Below, piece by piece: positions 35,633 to 48,827 of a DNA stretch of 64,000 nt (position 1 is its first letter; every line of letters begins with the position of its first letter). The translations under genes were made by a program, and so were the position numbers. Below the pieces are notes generated by a model. It did no database searches. It was not told where the DNA came from and saw only the letters and a program-made list of their open reading frames with translations. The DNA comes from Hamiltosporidium tvaerminnensis FI-OER-3-3 (Eukaryota > Fungi > Microsporidia): the NCBI GenBank assembly GCA_022605425.2, contig CM061247.1:992001-1056000 (forward strand), read 5' to 3'.

Positions 35633-38169
35633 AGGCATCTAAGACTTTAAATATTTTTTTGCTCATAACCATACTACTAATTGGTTTAAGCTCGGCAGAA
35701 CTCTTTTCTCATAAATGTGTTTTGTGATTTTTAGAATCATGATTCTTGGTTATGTTCGGGAGTAATGACATTTCTGCAGTTTGAATACAACCAGAAGTAC
35801 TATTTTCGGGTGTTTAAATCCAATTTTTAAATTTTCAGATAAATACCTCTTTCATCTTGAGATAGAATGAATATATGTCATTTGGTGGATTAAACTTTTT
35901 GAAATATAAATATTTGCACATATTTTTAATCTAGTTATCTAATAGATATATCCTGAGATGATTAGATATCGGATTGGTATGTTATAGCCTTTTAACTATT
36001 TTGAGTTTGATAGGCTCCGCCAAAACTTCATCTAAACTAAAACTTATTGAATTCTTCAAAATAGCCTCCGAAGCTTTTCATAATAGCTAAACCCGAAGGA
36101 CCAAGCAAATTGAAAATGGCGCGGTCTAATTGATGAAATGACATACCTTCGAGTAAACTCTTTATATCAGTGTATTTATTTGTAAATGAAATTACCCTAT
36201 AAATTTCCGTTTTTTAGTCAGAGAAAAATATATTAATTTATATCGGTTATCGATATATTAAAAATGTGTTTTTTTTTGTTTGTTAGCATGTCAGTAGTGA
36301 CTTCAAGTTCGTATATTTCATTTTAAATCACTTATAAATCTTCTTATATACTTTTGTTAGGCTAAGTCTTGACCAAATTTAAATATTATGAAATATATCC
36401 TTCTTTTCTGCGTATGAATTTCTGTTGAGGCAATACATCTATTAAGATTGTATTATAAAAGCGCATTTCATCTTTTATTTGAATATTTTTTCATTTATAA
36501 AATTACAGTTTAAATTTTTTAGGAAAAATTTTGATGAGAAATATTTTCTCGGTATCTTAGTGTGTTACCGTTTTAGTAAAACTATTTTTTTGTCTTAATT
36601 ACTTGCTAATTTTTATAAGTTTACCTGGTGCTCTGTAATGTCTAGTTAAAATTTCTTAGGTTTATTTCTAAGTGAGTTGATGCTCCGCCTCGAAAGACTG
36701 CACATATTTCATTTTAAAATTTTGATTAAAGATTTTTAAATTTTCAATTTTTTTTGTTTGAATCGTTTAAAAATATTCATTTATTCGTATCGTTTTTGTA
36801 ACAATAAAATTTATATAGATAAATGTGCTATACATGACTCGACTTTTCTCTTTTATAATGACTTAAGACCGCTAGAGAACGACTTGTTATCACAATAACT
36901 GGATTGAATAAATAAATACTTACATTTTTCATTATTATCTTTATTTTTTTATTAAACTAAAAAATACGTATATCTGAAAACAGGGAACACAAAATACACT
37001 TATATACTGTTTTTTTTTGATGCGAATGTTCAATATTATTACCTAAACGATGATTAAACTTCACTTTCGCTTCAGTTATGTATCAGTGTTTTTAAGAATA
37101 TGGGTAACTTAGAAAGGAATTAGGGCATGTTAATTAGCCTTAATGTCTATTATTGTACTATATATGTTCTGTTTTTCTGTAAAATGTCTTAAAATAGCCA
37201 TAGTAAGGATGAATGCTAAATTATTTAAATTTTTTTTTATTAAGTCTATAATTACAGAATTTTCAACAGAAAGGAAAATTTAGAAGTAATATTCTGAGTT
37301 GAAAATTATAAATTCTAATCGCTTTGATCGTATACTATGATGTTATATTGTAAACTGAACATTTTATTTGTATTAAAACTTGGGCATACACCAAAAACAT
37401 TTAAAGATATATAGCAAACTTTATATTAAAATCCGATCCTAGACACGAGGCTTCAAAATCAAAATATATATAAGAACATTCTAAAAAGCCTCTAATGACG
37501 CGTTTATATCGTTAAGATTTTTATGCAAATAAAGCGAGAGTATTATCTAATTTTACTACGATTCAAGAACTATGTTGATAAAGATTTAATTTAAGCTGTA
37601 GCACAAATCTACAAACGAAATGACTAAGAACTATGGGATAAGATTCACCAAATCTTGATACACTTCGTTTAATTTTGATTTTTTTTGATTCAACCTTGTT
37701 TTCCTTTCCGTGAATCATTTTCGGCTTTTAATCGAGAAAGTGAGAATGATGATTCAATGACTTCTTATGCAATTTTTATTCGAATCGTTATTTCAAATAT
37801 AAAATAAATTACCTTCATTCGGGTCGTTGTAGGCTATCTAATGATGCTTTTTCACTTCTTTTAGAAGTATATCTTTACTGCGATTTTTTTTTCAATCAAA
37901 AAAATAATTTAATTGTGTTTCTAAGCCTAGTAACTAAATATTTTAAGATTATTATTTATATTCGGTGTCCCGAATGTATATTGCAGAGTATTTTATATAA
38001 ATTTATACAGACTTACAACATCAGGAATAGATTGATTCACTATAAATATAAACAATTTCATCACCCCATCAGTCTGCATCTTAGGTGTTTTGGTTTTAAA
38101 GATCTCATAATAATCCCATAAAATAATTATGATTCCGAAGAATATTAGAATACTATTAACTATAAACTA

Positions 38170-38365
38170 CGGAATTTACTTTCGAAAGCCGGGTTCGATC
38201 CCCGGTTAGTGCACTGTTTATCTTTCCGTCGAAAGTTTGCGTTCGGTTGAGAGCCTAGCCAATCAAAAGAAAATTGTTTTCGGAACTCCTATAACTTGGC
38301 TAAGCTATGATCAACGTTAGATAGTGTTATATCCGTAGGGAAGAAGCGAGATATTAAATAATATA
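38170..38365 (+). mobile_element. tRNA-derived SINE (5'-truncated head)
   Basis: T-arm/B-box CCGGGTTCGATCCCCGG followed by TTAGTGCA. AT-rich tail. Perfect 12-bp TSD AACTATAAACTA at 38158-69 and 38366-77. Confidence 0.8.
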
Positions 38366-38933
38366 AACTATAAACTAATAATATCTCATTTACGTTTTAT
38401 AAACAAGTAAATACTAAAAATATTATAACTACTATTTTGTCGTACATAATTACAATAGAGGGGCGTGTCGACAATTAACCAAAAAAAATACTTCGACTTA
38501 AAGGAAAAAAAGAAATCAATGAATGAATGAGCAGAAGAAATCGTTTTCGAACAAGAATATATTTTTAACCGAGTTTCAATGGCCTAATATCAAAAAATAT
38601 TTCAATAAGTTTTAAGAGGAAATAAAGAAAAAGATTATTTATATTCACAGTTTCTATTTATTAGTTAAATATGGATTAAATAAGAAAAAATATCTTTTAA
38701 CCGACTTAGACACCTATAAAAAATTTTTAAGTTTATTATGATTATATAAAGCTAAAATGGAAATAAAAAAACAGCAAAAATACCCCTAAATATATAGAGA
38801 GGCAATGAAACAAGAATTTTATTTTGAAACATGGAAATTTTAATGTTGGACTACAAAATATATTCGATAAGCCGCATCTTTCTGAATATCATTTTAACAA
38901 GTAAACATTATGAAATATATCATTCGGATTCTT

Positions 38934-41210
38934 CTATTTACTCAACATTTCTAATTCATAAACAGAATCAACATCAAAATTCGAACAACAAATTCTAACC
39001 TTTGTATTTTTTAAACATTCGAAAGAACTTTCGGATAATGAAATTTTTTCTAAAGCTTTAAATTTTGAAAGAAAAAGAATGTCTTTTGCACTGATAGTTA
39101 GCTCTTTTATTTCTAAAAATTTTAAATGTTTAGTTAAACCATGCGTTGTTAGATTGTTGAGTCGAGCATCTTCTTGTAAGTTTATTCCGTTCAATTTTAA
39201 AACCTGAAGCTTTATAAGCCCACTTACAACTATAAGATCAGCCCTATTTAGAGAATTATGACTTAAATCTAAGAATGAGATTTTATTTGATTTTGTATCG
39301 TTGAAAAATAAGGATACAGAACCAGCGTAAAGCCCACAACGATCTAATACGATGTGTTCTAGATCGTTAAACATGCCTTTACAGGTAATAGGTATATTTT
39401 TTATTTTATTATTTGTCAAGATGAGTCGTCGAAGTATCTTTTTAGATATAAGTTTGTTTAGATTAAGTAAATGAGAGGAATCTAAATTACATGTGTGTAG
39501 TTTTAAATTTTCTAATCTTGAAAAATTTAATATTTTTTCTATTTCCAAATGAGTTAGTGGCGTACCCTTGATTTTTAATGTTCTTAAAGTGTCATAAAAT
39601 TGTTGTTCATTCAAATCGGTAAATAATGAAGAAATATTTTGTATCCTGTAAAGTGTTAGAAATTCCAAATTCGGTAAAAACTGTATATTATGAATTTTCT
39701 TTGGCAATGAAAAGTCTTTTAATGCAAGTTCTTCTAATTTAAGAAAATTTAAATTGATATTTTTTTTAATTCTAAAAGATAAGTTGCCAACTGATTTCAT
39801 TTCTATTGACAGTAGACTTTTATAATTATAAAGCAGATCAAAGCAATTATCATTCATATTTGTAGTTATTAATTTTATTTTACTGGCAAACTTGTTATAT
39901 TCTGGAATTGGAATGTTTGATATGTTGAATGGATATTTAAAAACAACTTTGTCGAGTATTAAAAACTCAAAACATGCTTTTTTAAAGAAACTATGAATTA
40001 ATTTGTCAATCACCATGTTTTTAATTTCGATAATAAAAATAACCAATATTTTTTCTGTATAAATTTCATCATCATCACAAGTACAATTCTCTAGTTTTAT
40101 CTTTGCTACTTTTTTAAATTCAATGAAGCTTATAAGATCAACTGAACTCAATTGAATATTTTCTAATTTCATATTTCTTAATTTATTAATTCGAAATTCG
40201 TTTATTTTACTAATATAATTCTTAACGTTTAGACAATTTTTCAGTTTTAGACACATAAAGTCCTTATATATTAAACAATTTATCGATTCATTAATGTTTA
40301 TCAGATTAGAAAAATTACAATTAGAAAATATTATTGTCTTGATATTTTTTATTCCTTTGAATATCCAATCATATAGTTGTTTATTATTCTGGGCATTTAT
40401 ACTCGCAAAAAAAATGTTTAAGCTTCTACCTTCAAATATAAGAACAAGTTCTTGATTTAAACACTCTTCGGATGGATAAATATCATGAGTGGAGCCATTT
40501 ATTGATGTTAAAACAATTCGTGAATTATCAAAAGTCACTGAAATATTTATAAAATTCAAATATGAAATTAAGGCTGTTATAAAGAAATATCTTACGGCAA
40601 TACAACTATTAAAAACTAGAATATTTTGATTTTGAATAATTCCATTTAAATATTTGCCAGTAAAAGCCCAATAATTCAAACGCGAAAACAATTTACGAAA
40701 GTAAACGTTTGTTTCAGGTATCAAGCCTAAAATACAATTTATCAATTGCCAATATACAAAATCGGGAAGATAAAAATTTATATCTGTTAGGTCACATATA
40801 ATTTCTATAAAAAACTCAAATACTTCCTTTGTTATCAAATGACCAACATAAAATGCAAGTTTTTTTGAATCTATTTTATTTTCGATTTGTACTATTTTAA
40901 ATTTAATATTTCCGGGATAAATTATTCTTATACTGTTATTTTGTGTATTTGTTGTTAGTATAGGGATATCAGTCGTTCGTTTCAATTTATTAGCTATGGC
41001 GCGATATGGTCTTAGTTTTTCAAACAATTCTTTTTCTTCATTACTTAATCTTAATTCTTCTACAAATAATGTTTCTCCTGTGAATTCGGAATCAGTCTTA
41101 CTGAAGAAGAAAGTTACAGTTCGGGCTGTACAAATTCCTTCCGAGATATATTCTAAAAATAAACTACAAAAATGATGGTATTTCATATGTTGAAGGCTTC
41201 TAATATTCAT
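38934..41210 (-). CDS. Leucine-rich-repeat-like, probably secreted protein (paralogue of 21383-23650; the start may be the ATG at 41186)
   Basis: 758 aa with long blocks identical to the 755-aa paralogue. Confidence 0.85.
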   Translation of the reverse strand: MNIRSLQHMKYHHFCSLFLEYISEGICTARTVTFFFSKTDSEFTGETLFVEELRLSNEEKELFEKLRPYRAIANKLKRTTDIPILTTNTQNNSIRIIYPGNIKFKIVQIENKIDSKKLAFYVGHLITKEVFEFFIEIICDLTDINFYLPDFVYWQLINCILGLIPETNVYFRKLFSRLNYWAFTGKYLNGIIQNQNILVFNSCIAVRYFFITALISYLNFINISVTFDNSRIVLTSINGSTHDIYPSEECLNQELVLIFEGRSLNIFFASINAQNNKQLYDWIFKGIKNIKTIIFSNCNFSNLININESINCLIYKDFMCLKLKNCLNVKNYISKINEFRINKLRNMKLENIQLSSVDLISFIEFKKVAKIKLENCTCDDDEIYTEKILVIFIIEIKNMVIDKLIHSFFKKACFEFLILDKVVFKYPFNISNIPIPEYNKFASKIKLITTNMNDNCFDLLYNYKSLLSIEMKSVGNLSFRIKKNINLNFLKLEELALKDFSLPKKIHNIQFLPNLEFLTLYRIQNISSLFTDLNEQQFYDTLRTLKIKGTPLTHLEIEKILNFSRLENLKLHTCNLDSSHLLNLNKLISKKILRRLILTNNKIKNIPITCKGMFNDLEHIVLDRCGLYAGSVSLFFNDTKSNKISFLDLSHNSLNRADLIVVSGLIKLQVLKLNGINLQEDARLNNLTTHGLTKHLKFLEIKELTISAKDILFLSKFKALEKISLSESSFECLKNTKVRICCSNFDVDSVYELEMLSK

Positions 41211-42999
41211 AATTAATATGAATTAAATTAGTGAGTCGATTTAAATTTAAATGAATATAATTTAATACGATTTGATGTTATTTAATATATTTAAATTCTA
41301 ATTAATTCAATTTTTGAGTAAAAACTTTACACTTATTTGTACTAAAATTGTATAAATACATCATAGAAAAGAGAGAAAAATTCTATGCGCAAAACAACAA
41401 GAAATATTTTTATATTTAAGAAATAATAGAAGATTCCATGGTTTAATTGCTAATGCAAGAACATACAAACGTTTTAATTTGAAGAAAGGTATACCAAATA
41501 CACATTGGAGCTAAATATACATGTTATTTATACTGTCTGCATTTGAGCATAATATTTTTTAACCTTTTTTCTAAACCTAAGATAATATAGATATTTTTAC
41601 TTCGAAACCCGCTTCTTTAATATTTTTCCGATGAAAATATAAAATTCGATTAAAAGAAAGATTAATTGCAAGATACCAAGAGAATTTGTTTTCTTTCTAT
41701 TAATTTGTTAAAAAAGACTGGTTGGCAAACTTATATAGACAGATTATAATTATTCAGTATAATATTTTAAAATTAAAATATCTACTATCAGCAATCAAAA
41801 AATCTTTAAAAAGTGATAGAAATGAAAAAAAAATTGAGATGAACGAAAAGAGTACTTTTAGGAGTATTATCTGATGTTTTACTAAGCTGATATTCTGCGA
41901 AAAAGAACGAAATTTTGAGCTTAATAGATATACGAATAAACACATAATAAAATCAGTATATTTAAATCTGACAACTAGCTGCAATTTATTAGATACATTG
42001 GGTGGGAAATCGAACTATTCTTGCAAACATAAATATTTTATTGTCATATTATTTTACAATTTACACAAAAGAATTCCGACCGGCGATATTGAAATAATGA
42101 TATAATATATTTAGTGAAGAAACACACGGAATGTTCATTATAAATAAAATTTATCTATATTAATATTAGTGATTATAAAAATCTTTTATTCAAAATAATT
42201 GTCAATAGAAAATGCAGATTTGATCAGTTTAATGTTTTGAACATCAAAATCTATTCTATATTTGAAGTACCGAATACAAAATTAGATTTACATTAAAGAT
42301 TTTTAGATGTCTAAAAATCGGAAAAAATAACAGTGTCTTTTACTTAGAAATAAAAGCTAAAACAATTTTTGAGCACTCTGAGCTATTAAATTAAAAAAGT
42401 GTCGATAAAATTTTATTCTGATGCTTTTGTTTAAATCGTTCTGTTAAGATGACATTATACATCATATTTTAACTGATACATTATAAAGAAACCGAGATAT
42501 TTAAGCTATCGAATCATATTTGGAAAAAAATTTCGAATTTCTGCATTTTTTTCTGTTTCTTTTATATGAATATTTTCTATTATAAATTATATGCGTATTT
42601 TAAACTCATTGAGAGTAAAAATTGTTATAGGCGAAATATAGGTAAAAAATTCGGCTATATTATCAAACATAGAATCTTTGTTTGATATAACCTTTACTAA
42701 AAAAATATACAAAAAAAACTTATTATATAAACGTAATGTAAATTTAAATTTTGGACAAAACTTAGCAATAGATCTATTTTTAAAGAATGAACCTATGAAT
42801 ACCAAAAAAATCGAATTTTTCCTTTAAAAAATTGAAAGAAATATCTCTTTGCTCCATCAAATATACTTTCTGTAAAACTAGATGCAGAATAGAAATGACT
42901 GCAGATTTGGTTTTTAATTCTTGAATTTTTATAGGTTGTTTATCGTATTTAAATTATTTATTAAAAATCTGTTATAATAAAATGTATTAATACTAACTG

Positions 43000-43720
43000 A
43001 CGCTACAGCTCATATAGAGCCTAATCAACTTTAAAGATTATCTTCTGAATTCTCTATCTAGTACCTTTTCCTTCCACTGCCTCACACTAAGCCTTCTCAG
43101 CTCATTTTATACAGCATCCATCCATCTTTTTCGTGGTCTAGCCTCGGTTCTTTTTTCATTGGGTTTATACATTTAGACTTGGTTCTTCTCACGATCTGGA
43201 AGCATTTGTACTACATGTACTAACCATCTTATCTACCTCTTTCTATTTCAGTTACCAAATTTAATTCACGATAGAGGTCATAAAGTCCGTGATAAATTCG
43301 AATTTTTTGCTCATTGTTTTACGTTTTTTAAGACAAATATTATGAGAATTATATTTCTTTCCCTAATGTCTAAAAGTACCTCATCTCTTTTTGTCATGAT
43401 CAAAGTCTCGGATTCATACATTACAACAGGGTTTATAATTGTCCTATATATATTTTTTTGGATTCCTACTTAGATATGCTAATTACATTTAGCGTTGCAG
43501 CACAAAGTAGGCTTTATTTCCTAATTTCATTTATTCCATGATTTCCTCGTCGCTTTTGTTGCTTTCATTCAATAGAGTTCCCAAATATTCAAAGCTCGAT
43601 ACTTTTTCGAACTTCATTGAGTCAATTTCTAAAGATTTATAAAATATATGCTTTTAAATACTTTCTTCTCGTTGTTTAATTTATTTCATTTTCTTCATGC
43701 ACATTCGATGTCAATTTATG
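43000..43720 (-). mobile_element. Decayed RTE-type LINE 3' fragment
   Basis: Minus-strand remnants FEYLG, INPVVMYESET and RWMDAV..ELRRLSVRQWKEK. Confidence 0.7.
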
Positions 43721-43979
43721 TTAATTGTCGGTTCTTCTACTTTAGTTACAATATTCAAAATACCGGATAAAATATTTATCTTATTTAATGTTCGCCCCCA
43801 TTTTGCCTCTTCTTAATTTGCTTTTAAGATGAAATTGTTTATTTACTCCTCTATGGATTTCATTAACTATCAATGCCGCTGTCTATCAATTGAATTCGGC
43901 ATCTCTATGACACCATAGTCCTCTTCACCGGTCAAATAAAAAACTTTGCGTCCTTTGTTTAAACTAACGAACCAATGAG

Positions 43980-45000
43980 CCTCTATACTATAAATATTTG
44001 TAGCCTTTAAGATACATCCTATGAATTTTTGTCATAATACCGCCCCATATTATCAATATGAGATTATCTCAATCCTATACTTATTAAAAAAGCTTAGCTT
44101 ATTCATGCATCACTTAAATACGTAAATTCCAATGTTTTAAATGTTTAAAGTTAATCATGTAGAGTTATTCGTACTTCTATAAGTAGCTTCTTCTTTGTAT
44201 TCTAATCTGACAAGATTTTTTGGTTCTAGATCATGCTTCTTAATATTAGTTTTTATTTAGTCTCCGAACTTATTTGCGCATACTCTTTAGCAAAAAAATT
44301 TTACTCTGCCGACTCTTAATACTTTTATAAGTCTTAAATTTGTATCAATTCATAATAAGTAAATTTAAGCATCTAATCACTTCAGTACGCTGCTCAGTAT
44401 TGTCATGTATGAGATTTTTCACATATCGGGCTACTAAATGCTCGAAGATGTAACCACATCTTGTTCCGTATTGGTAAATAACCTCTGCACCCCATAATAC
44501 ATTTATATCCTAGATATAGCAGAAATTGTTTCATAACTTGGTTCAATTTTCGTCTTCTTTAGTCCTCTGGAAAGGTTACATACATAAAAACTCATCATTT
44601 ATTTCAGTATATAACTTTGAATGATGTTTCATTTTGCTGTTTCTTAAATAGTTTTGCATGTAAAGATTCCCTTAAGTACTCCTAGTAATCTTTCTTCCAA
44701 CGTATATTTTTTTAGCTCATTCCTTTCCCCAAGAATGGAAACCAATCCACATTAGAATCAAAGCCGCGTCAGGTTATGGCATTTGCCATATTTTTAGTTT
44801 GATTGACTAGGTTGTCAATCTAATGCAAACTTTCTTGAACGAAAGATAAAGAGTGCACCGGCCAAGGAAGTAATTTCCGATATCCTCACCCCTAGACCAT
44901 TGAAACTGCAAAGCTATATATTACTTTTAATAACTTTTTACTGATGCAGGATGCATTTTATTAGTATTCTTCCCTTAGAATTTCTGCTCTTCAAGTATAT
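43980..45000 (-). mobile_element. Decayed RLE-retrotransposon relic
   Basis: Minus-strand ATCTAGGATATAAATGTATTATGGGG matches ATCCAGGATAGAAATGTATTCTGGGG (~3749). TGGGGCGGTATTATGACAAAA matches ~4221. Confidence 0.75.
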
Positions 45001-46449
45001 TGCATTACTTTTTTTCATAAGATCCAAGAATTAAGGGATTGTATTTAAACTCAACCTAAAACTATGTAGGTTTTTTAAGTTCTATTCTAGGAAGGTATAG
45101 ATGCTCATTACAATCTTTAAGTTAACTATGTAATGATAACAGATATAAAAGTATGTTGTATAAAATATCAGCTAAAACCATAAAAGAGATTCAAGGCTTG
45201 TTAAGCGTGTTTGTTACATGCTAAAAACCGTGAAATACTATGTGCGTAACATCTATGGAATCATCTAAAAATTTAACATCTTTTATAGAAGCTAATATAA
45301 CGTAAGCCCAAAGGGTTCTATAGACTGTTAAGATAACTATCTTGTTTGAAAAAAATAATATATTGTTAATTTTGTTTTTTTCCTTAAGTTACTGTCTCTT
45401 TCGTTTGTATATTTTTTTTTCCAGGGTTTGAAAATCTATTTTATTTTATAATGCCGAACATGACCCAATTAATATTCTAAGTTCTGAATACAAATCCATA
45501 AAACAAAGAAAGTTATAAAAGTACGAAATCTTGATTGAAAGTGTGCCAGGTGTCTGCGGACCTCTTTAAGCAATATATTTTATTCAATTTTGCTACTAAA
45601 TATTCATAATTTTATTTTAATGTCTAAAATCATTAAAAAAAATATATTATCATTTGTATATATACAGCAAAAAATTACTTTTAAGGCTCATTTGCGATCA
45701 TCGCTCAATTTTGAAAACAAAAAATATCTAAGAATAAAATTAATTCTAATAATCGGAACAATTATATTTCATGAAAGTCAGAATGCGTCACTTTGGAGTA
45801 ATTTAGGTTTTGTTTTAAGAAAAATATAAAATTTAAGATGATGAGGAGATAAAAGTATAAATTAACTAATAGAATCTTGAAAAAGTAATATAAAATACAA
45901 TCTTCGAGGTATTCAAATTAATGTGGCATATAATTTTGTTAAGTTTATCTCACACTAATCTTAATTTAGTCTCAAGACTCTCTAAAAAGCTTATATATAT
46001 TGCCAAACCATCTACTAAAGCTTTTGTTTTATAGATCGAACCTCATAGTTTTTTCATTCCTAACAGGTAATTACATATAAAGTAAATCTCTTGTGTATAT
46101 CCTTAAAAAATCGGTTTGGTCGTTAATTTACCATAAATTTGATCAAATTTATACTCTGTTTCAACTGAAGGCTTCAGCTTTTATCTTCATTTCTTATCGC
46201 TAGAATCCTAGGGTTTTTTATAAAAAGTAAAAAAATTGTAGTTGTGTGTAAAAATTTTCGTTCTACTTGAGAAATCTATGATTAAATGCTGCTATAAGTA
46301 CGTTCGTTTAGATCAAGAGGGAAAAATAATGAACACATGACATTAATTTTCATCGTTTCGTTTTAAAATCAATGTAACTTACGTAAAAAATAAGTTGATT
46401 GTTCTAAAGACTTTAATATTATGTCATTTAATCTAACGAATTATAAATC

Positions 46450-46657
46450 CTCATCATTCTTCTTAGCACTACAGCTTTGCGGGATCCTTGGCTGTCCTCA
46501 GTAATGCAGTCTACCGTCTTTTCCAAGTGGGCTGTTAGCCTTACACCCAACCTCAAACTGGGGGACAAGTCCCCTTTGCTCGCCTCCTACGATAAGCATG
46601 GAATACTAGAAGCTAATTCTGCTTCCAGCATGGTGGATAGGAATTAACTTGCGGCCT
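46450..46657 (-). mobile_element. RTE-derived non-autonomous mini-element (5' UTR joined to 3' end)
   Basis: GC-rich island. On the minus strand, TCGTAGGAGGCGAGCAAAGGGG and GGTTGGGTGTAAGGCTAACAGCCC resemble RTE 5' UTRs. They are followed by GCCAAGG...GCTGTAGTGCT and an AAGAAGAATGATGAG microsatellite tail, resembling an RTE 3' end. Recognised from memory, not by search. Confidence 0.65.
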
Positions 46658-48827
46658 TAAATTTATAAAATTATATCGCCGGAAATGAGTAATTCGATAA
46701 TTAACTAATATTCTTTTTTTTTTTAAAAAAAATATAAACATATACAGCAAAAGGTATGAGAAGTAATTTATTCTTGTATTTTACTCAAAATAAAATTTTT
46801 AAATATTAAAAATATAACTTTTAAATATAGAATTATCGTATATTGCTGAAATGTTTATATTTTTGCATTTAACCTCTCACGATCTCATTTTCAGACAAAA
46901 TTTGAAGTATACATAAAATAAATATAGACTAAAAAAGTTAAACATTTCCTATACTAATTTGAAAGGTATGTAGATATATTAATAATGGTGGTTTTGTAAA
47001 TATATCATTCTCAAATTTCTTAGATATCTAGAAATATTTTTAATTACAAGTAAATATAGATAAGATAAAAAAATGAATAGGAAATTATACAACATATTAA
47101 AATATAGCAATATAGTTAGTAGAAAGATAAATATTTAAGCGAAAACATTAGTATGAATTACATTATAGAAACGAATGAATATAAAAGACCGGCAGATGAA
47201 TTCTGGATCCAATCTAATATGTATTATGAAAGAAGCTATATTCAAATATATTGACTATTCATCGATGAAACTTTTAAATTGTAATAGAAAATATGCTAAG
47301 TCTCTATCCTTTATCAATTTACGTGATTCAATGGGAATTTCTCATTTCTACTTTTATATGATGTATGGCATGTGGTATAGGTTACAAACAAGGCCTCGTT
47401 TTAGCATGATCCATAAGATACCTCAATATCTACATCTAGACAAGAAATAAAAAATCAATGTATTGAGTTTCCAAACCATATATATTTTGTCATTATTGGA
47501 TTTTCTAGAATTTTTTTAAAAAAAAGTGATATTGTTTTTTAATGATAGAAAACGAATCTAACATGTATTAAAGCTATATATAAGTTCCTATAGCATAAAA
47601 ATAGATTTCATCAACTAAAAAGAAAAAATATTCCAGCAAATAAAATCAATATTTAGAATGATATGAAATTTTGATTATGATTCAAAAAATGTAATATTCA
47701 TGTAGAACAACTCTCTATAATGACTTCAGAAATAGACATTAATTTAAACGAAGAGGTATAATAAGGTTGAATTTCTATAGATTTTTATATTAAGATAACT
47801 AAGGGATGTGTTAAAATCGGTGAAGATCATGGAATTTGTAGAGCGATAAGTTATTAGATGTATAAAAATAGTAAACCATAACGTATTTGATATTAAAAAT
47901 GATCAAATCGGTTTTAGATCCACACTTTTTTATATCATAACTTCGTAGTTAGCAAAAAGAACGAAAATTGTTTCTCTTATATATTTCTAAGAAAAATGAA
48001 TATTTTAAAGTAATATAAAACCGAAGCACAATCATCACTCCTGCCATTTTATGGAATGGAGTATACATATATATTTTTTATCAGCAGTTGTAGCGAAACA
48101 CAAACCTATATCAATTTACTTTACATTTTTTTTCAAAATTGTTAAAACAATAACATAAAAATAAGAATGCTTAGAAGAATTTCTATTATAGCCGCATTGT
48201 AAAACGTATCGTTTATATAACTTTGGGTGCGTGTAAAAGAAAATTATTATAGAACCCATTTTACGAAATTCTTGATATTCGTACGAATTGTAATATATAA
48301 AGAATGTAATTAATATAAATTCTAAGTCATTTTTTCTACTAAGAGAGTTTGAATCGATAGTTTTGAAGAGAGTGTTATAAGGATATGCTAATGGCATAAA
48401 AATACCGAAACATGGAAACACTCTGAAGAATTTTACTTTGAAATCACCAAGGAAATTTTTATGTCAATAAAAATTTATATTTTGCGATAGCATTTTTGAA
48501 TATAAGTACTCAGATAGATGTATTGATTTAAAATATTAGAAAAGTCAAATTTCGTGGCACAATCAATCAAAGCGAAAGAAAGCACAAAAAATACAGAGAG
48601 AACAACGCAAAAACACTAAGATTTAATATATTATATTTATTATAGAAATTTTAGTTAAATTAGTAAAACTTTAATATTTATTCAAAACTTTTTGGTTTGG
48701 ATAAAATATTTCGTTTTTAATAAACAAATTGTTTACCAAACGTTATTTTTAGATACTTTAAACCAATTAGACTTAATTTTGTTTTTTTTAATACATTAAC
48801 GATTTTCTCTCGTATCGAAAAATTTGG

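Noticed and set aside
38170-38213. Functional tRNA gene
   Set aside because: The 5' acceptor strand and D-arm are missing, and the sequence sits inside a TSD-bounded insertion.
41700-48500. Possible LRR-family pseudogenes (~41.7-42.9 kb and ~47.1-48.5 kb; also ~52.7-55.7 kb)
   Set aside because: Coding-like texture only. I could not align them to the intact genes by eye, so TBLASTN is needed.
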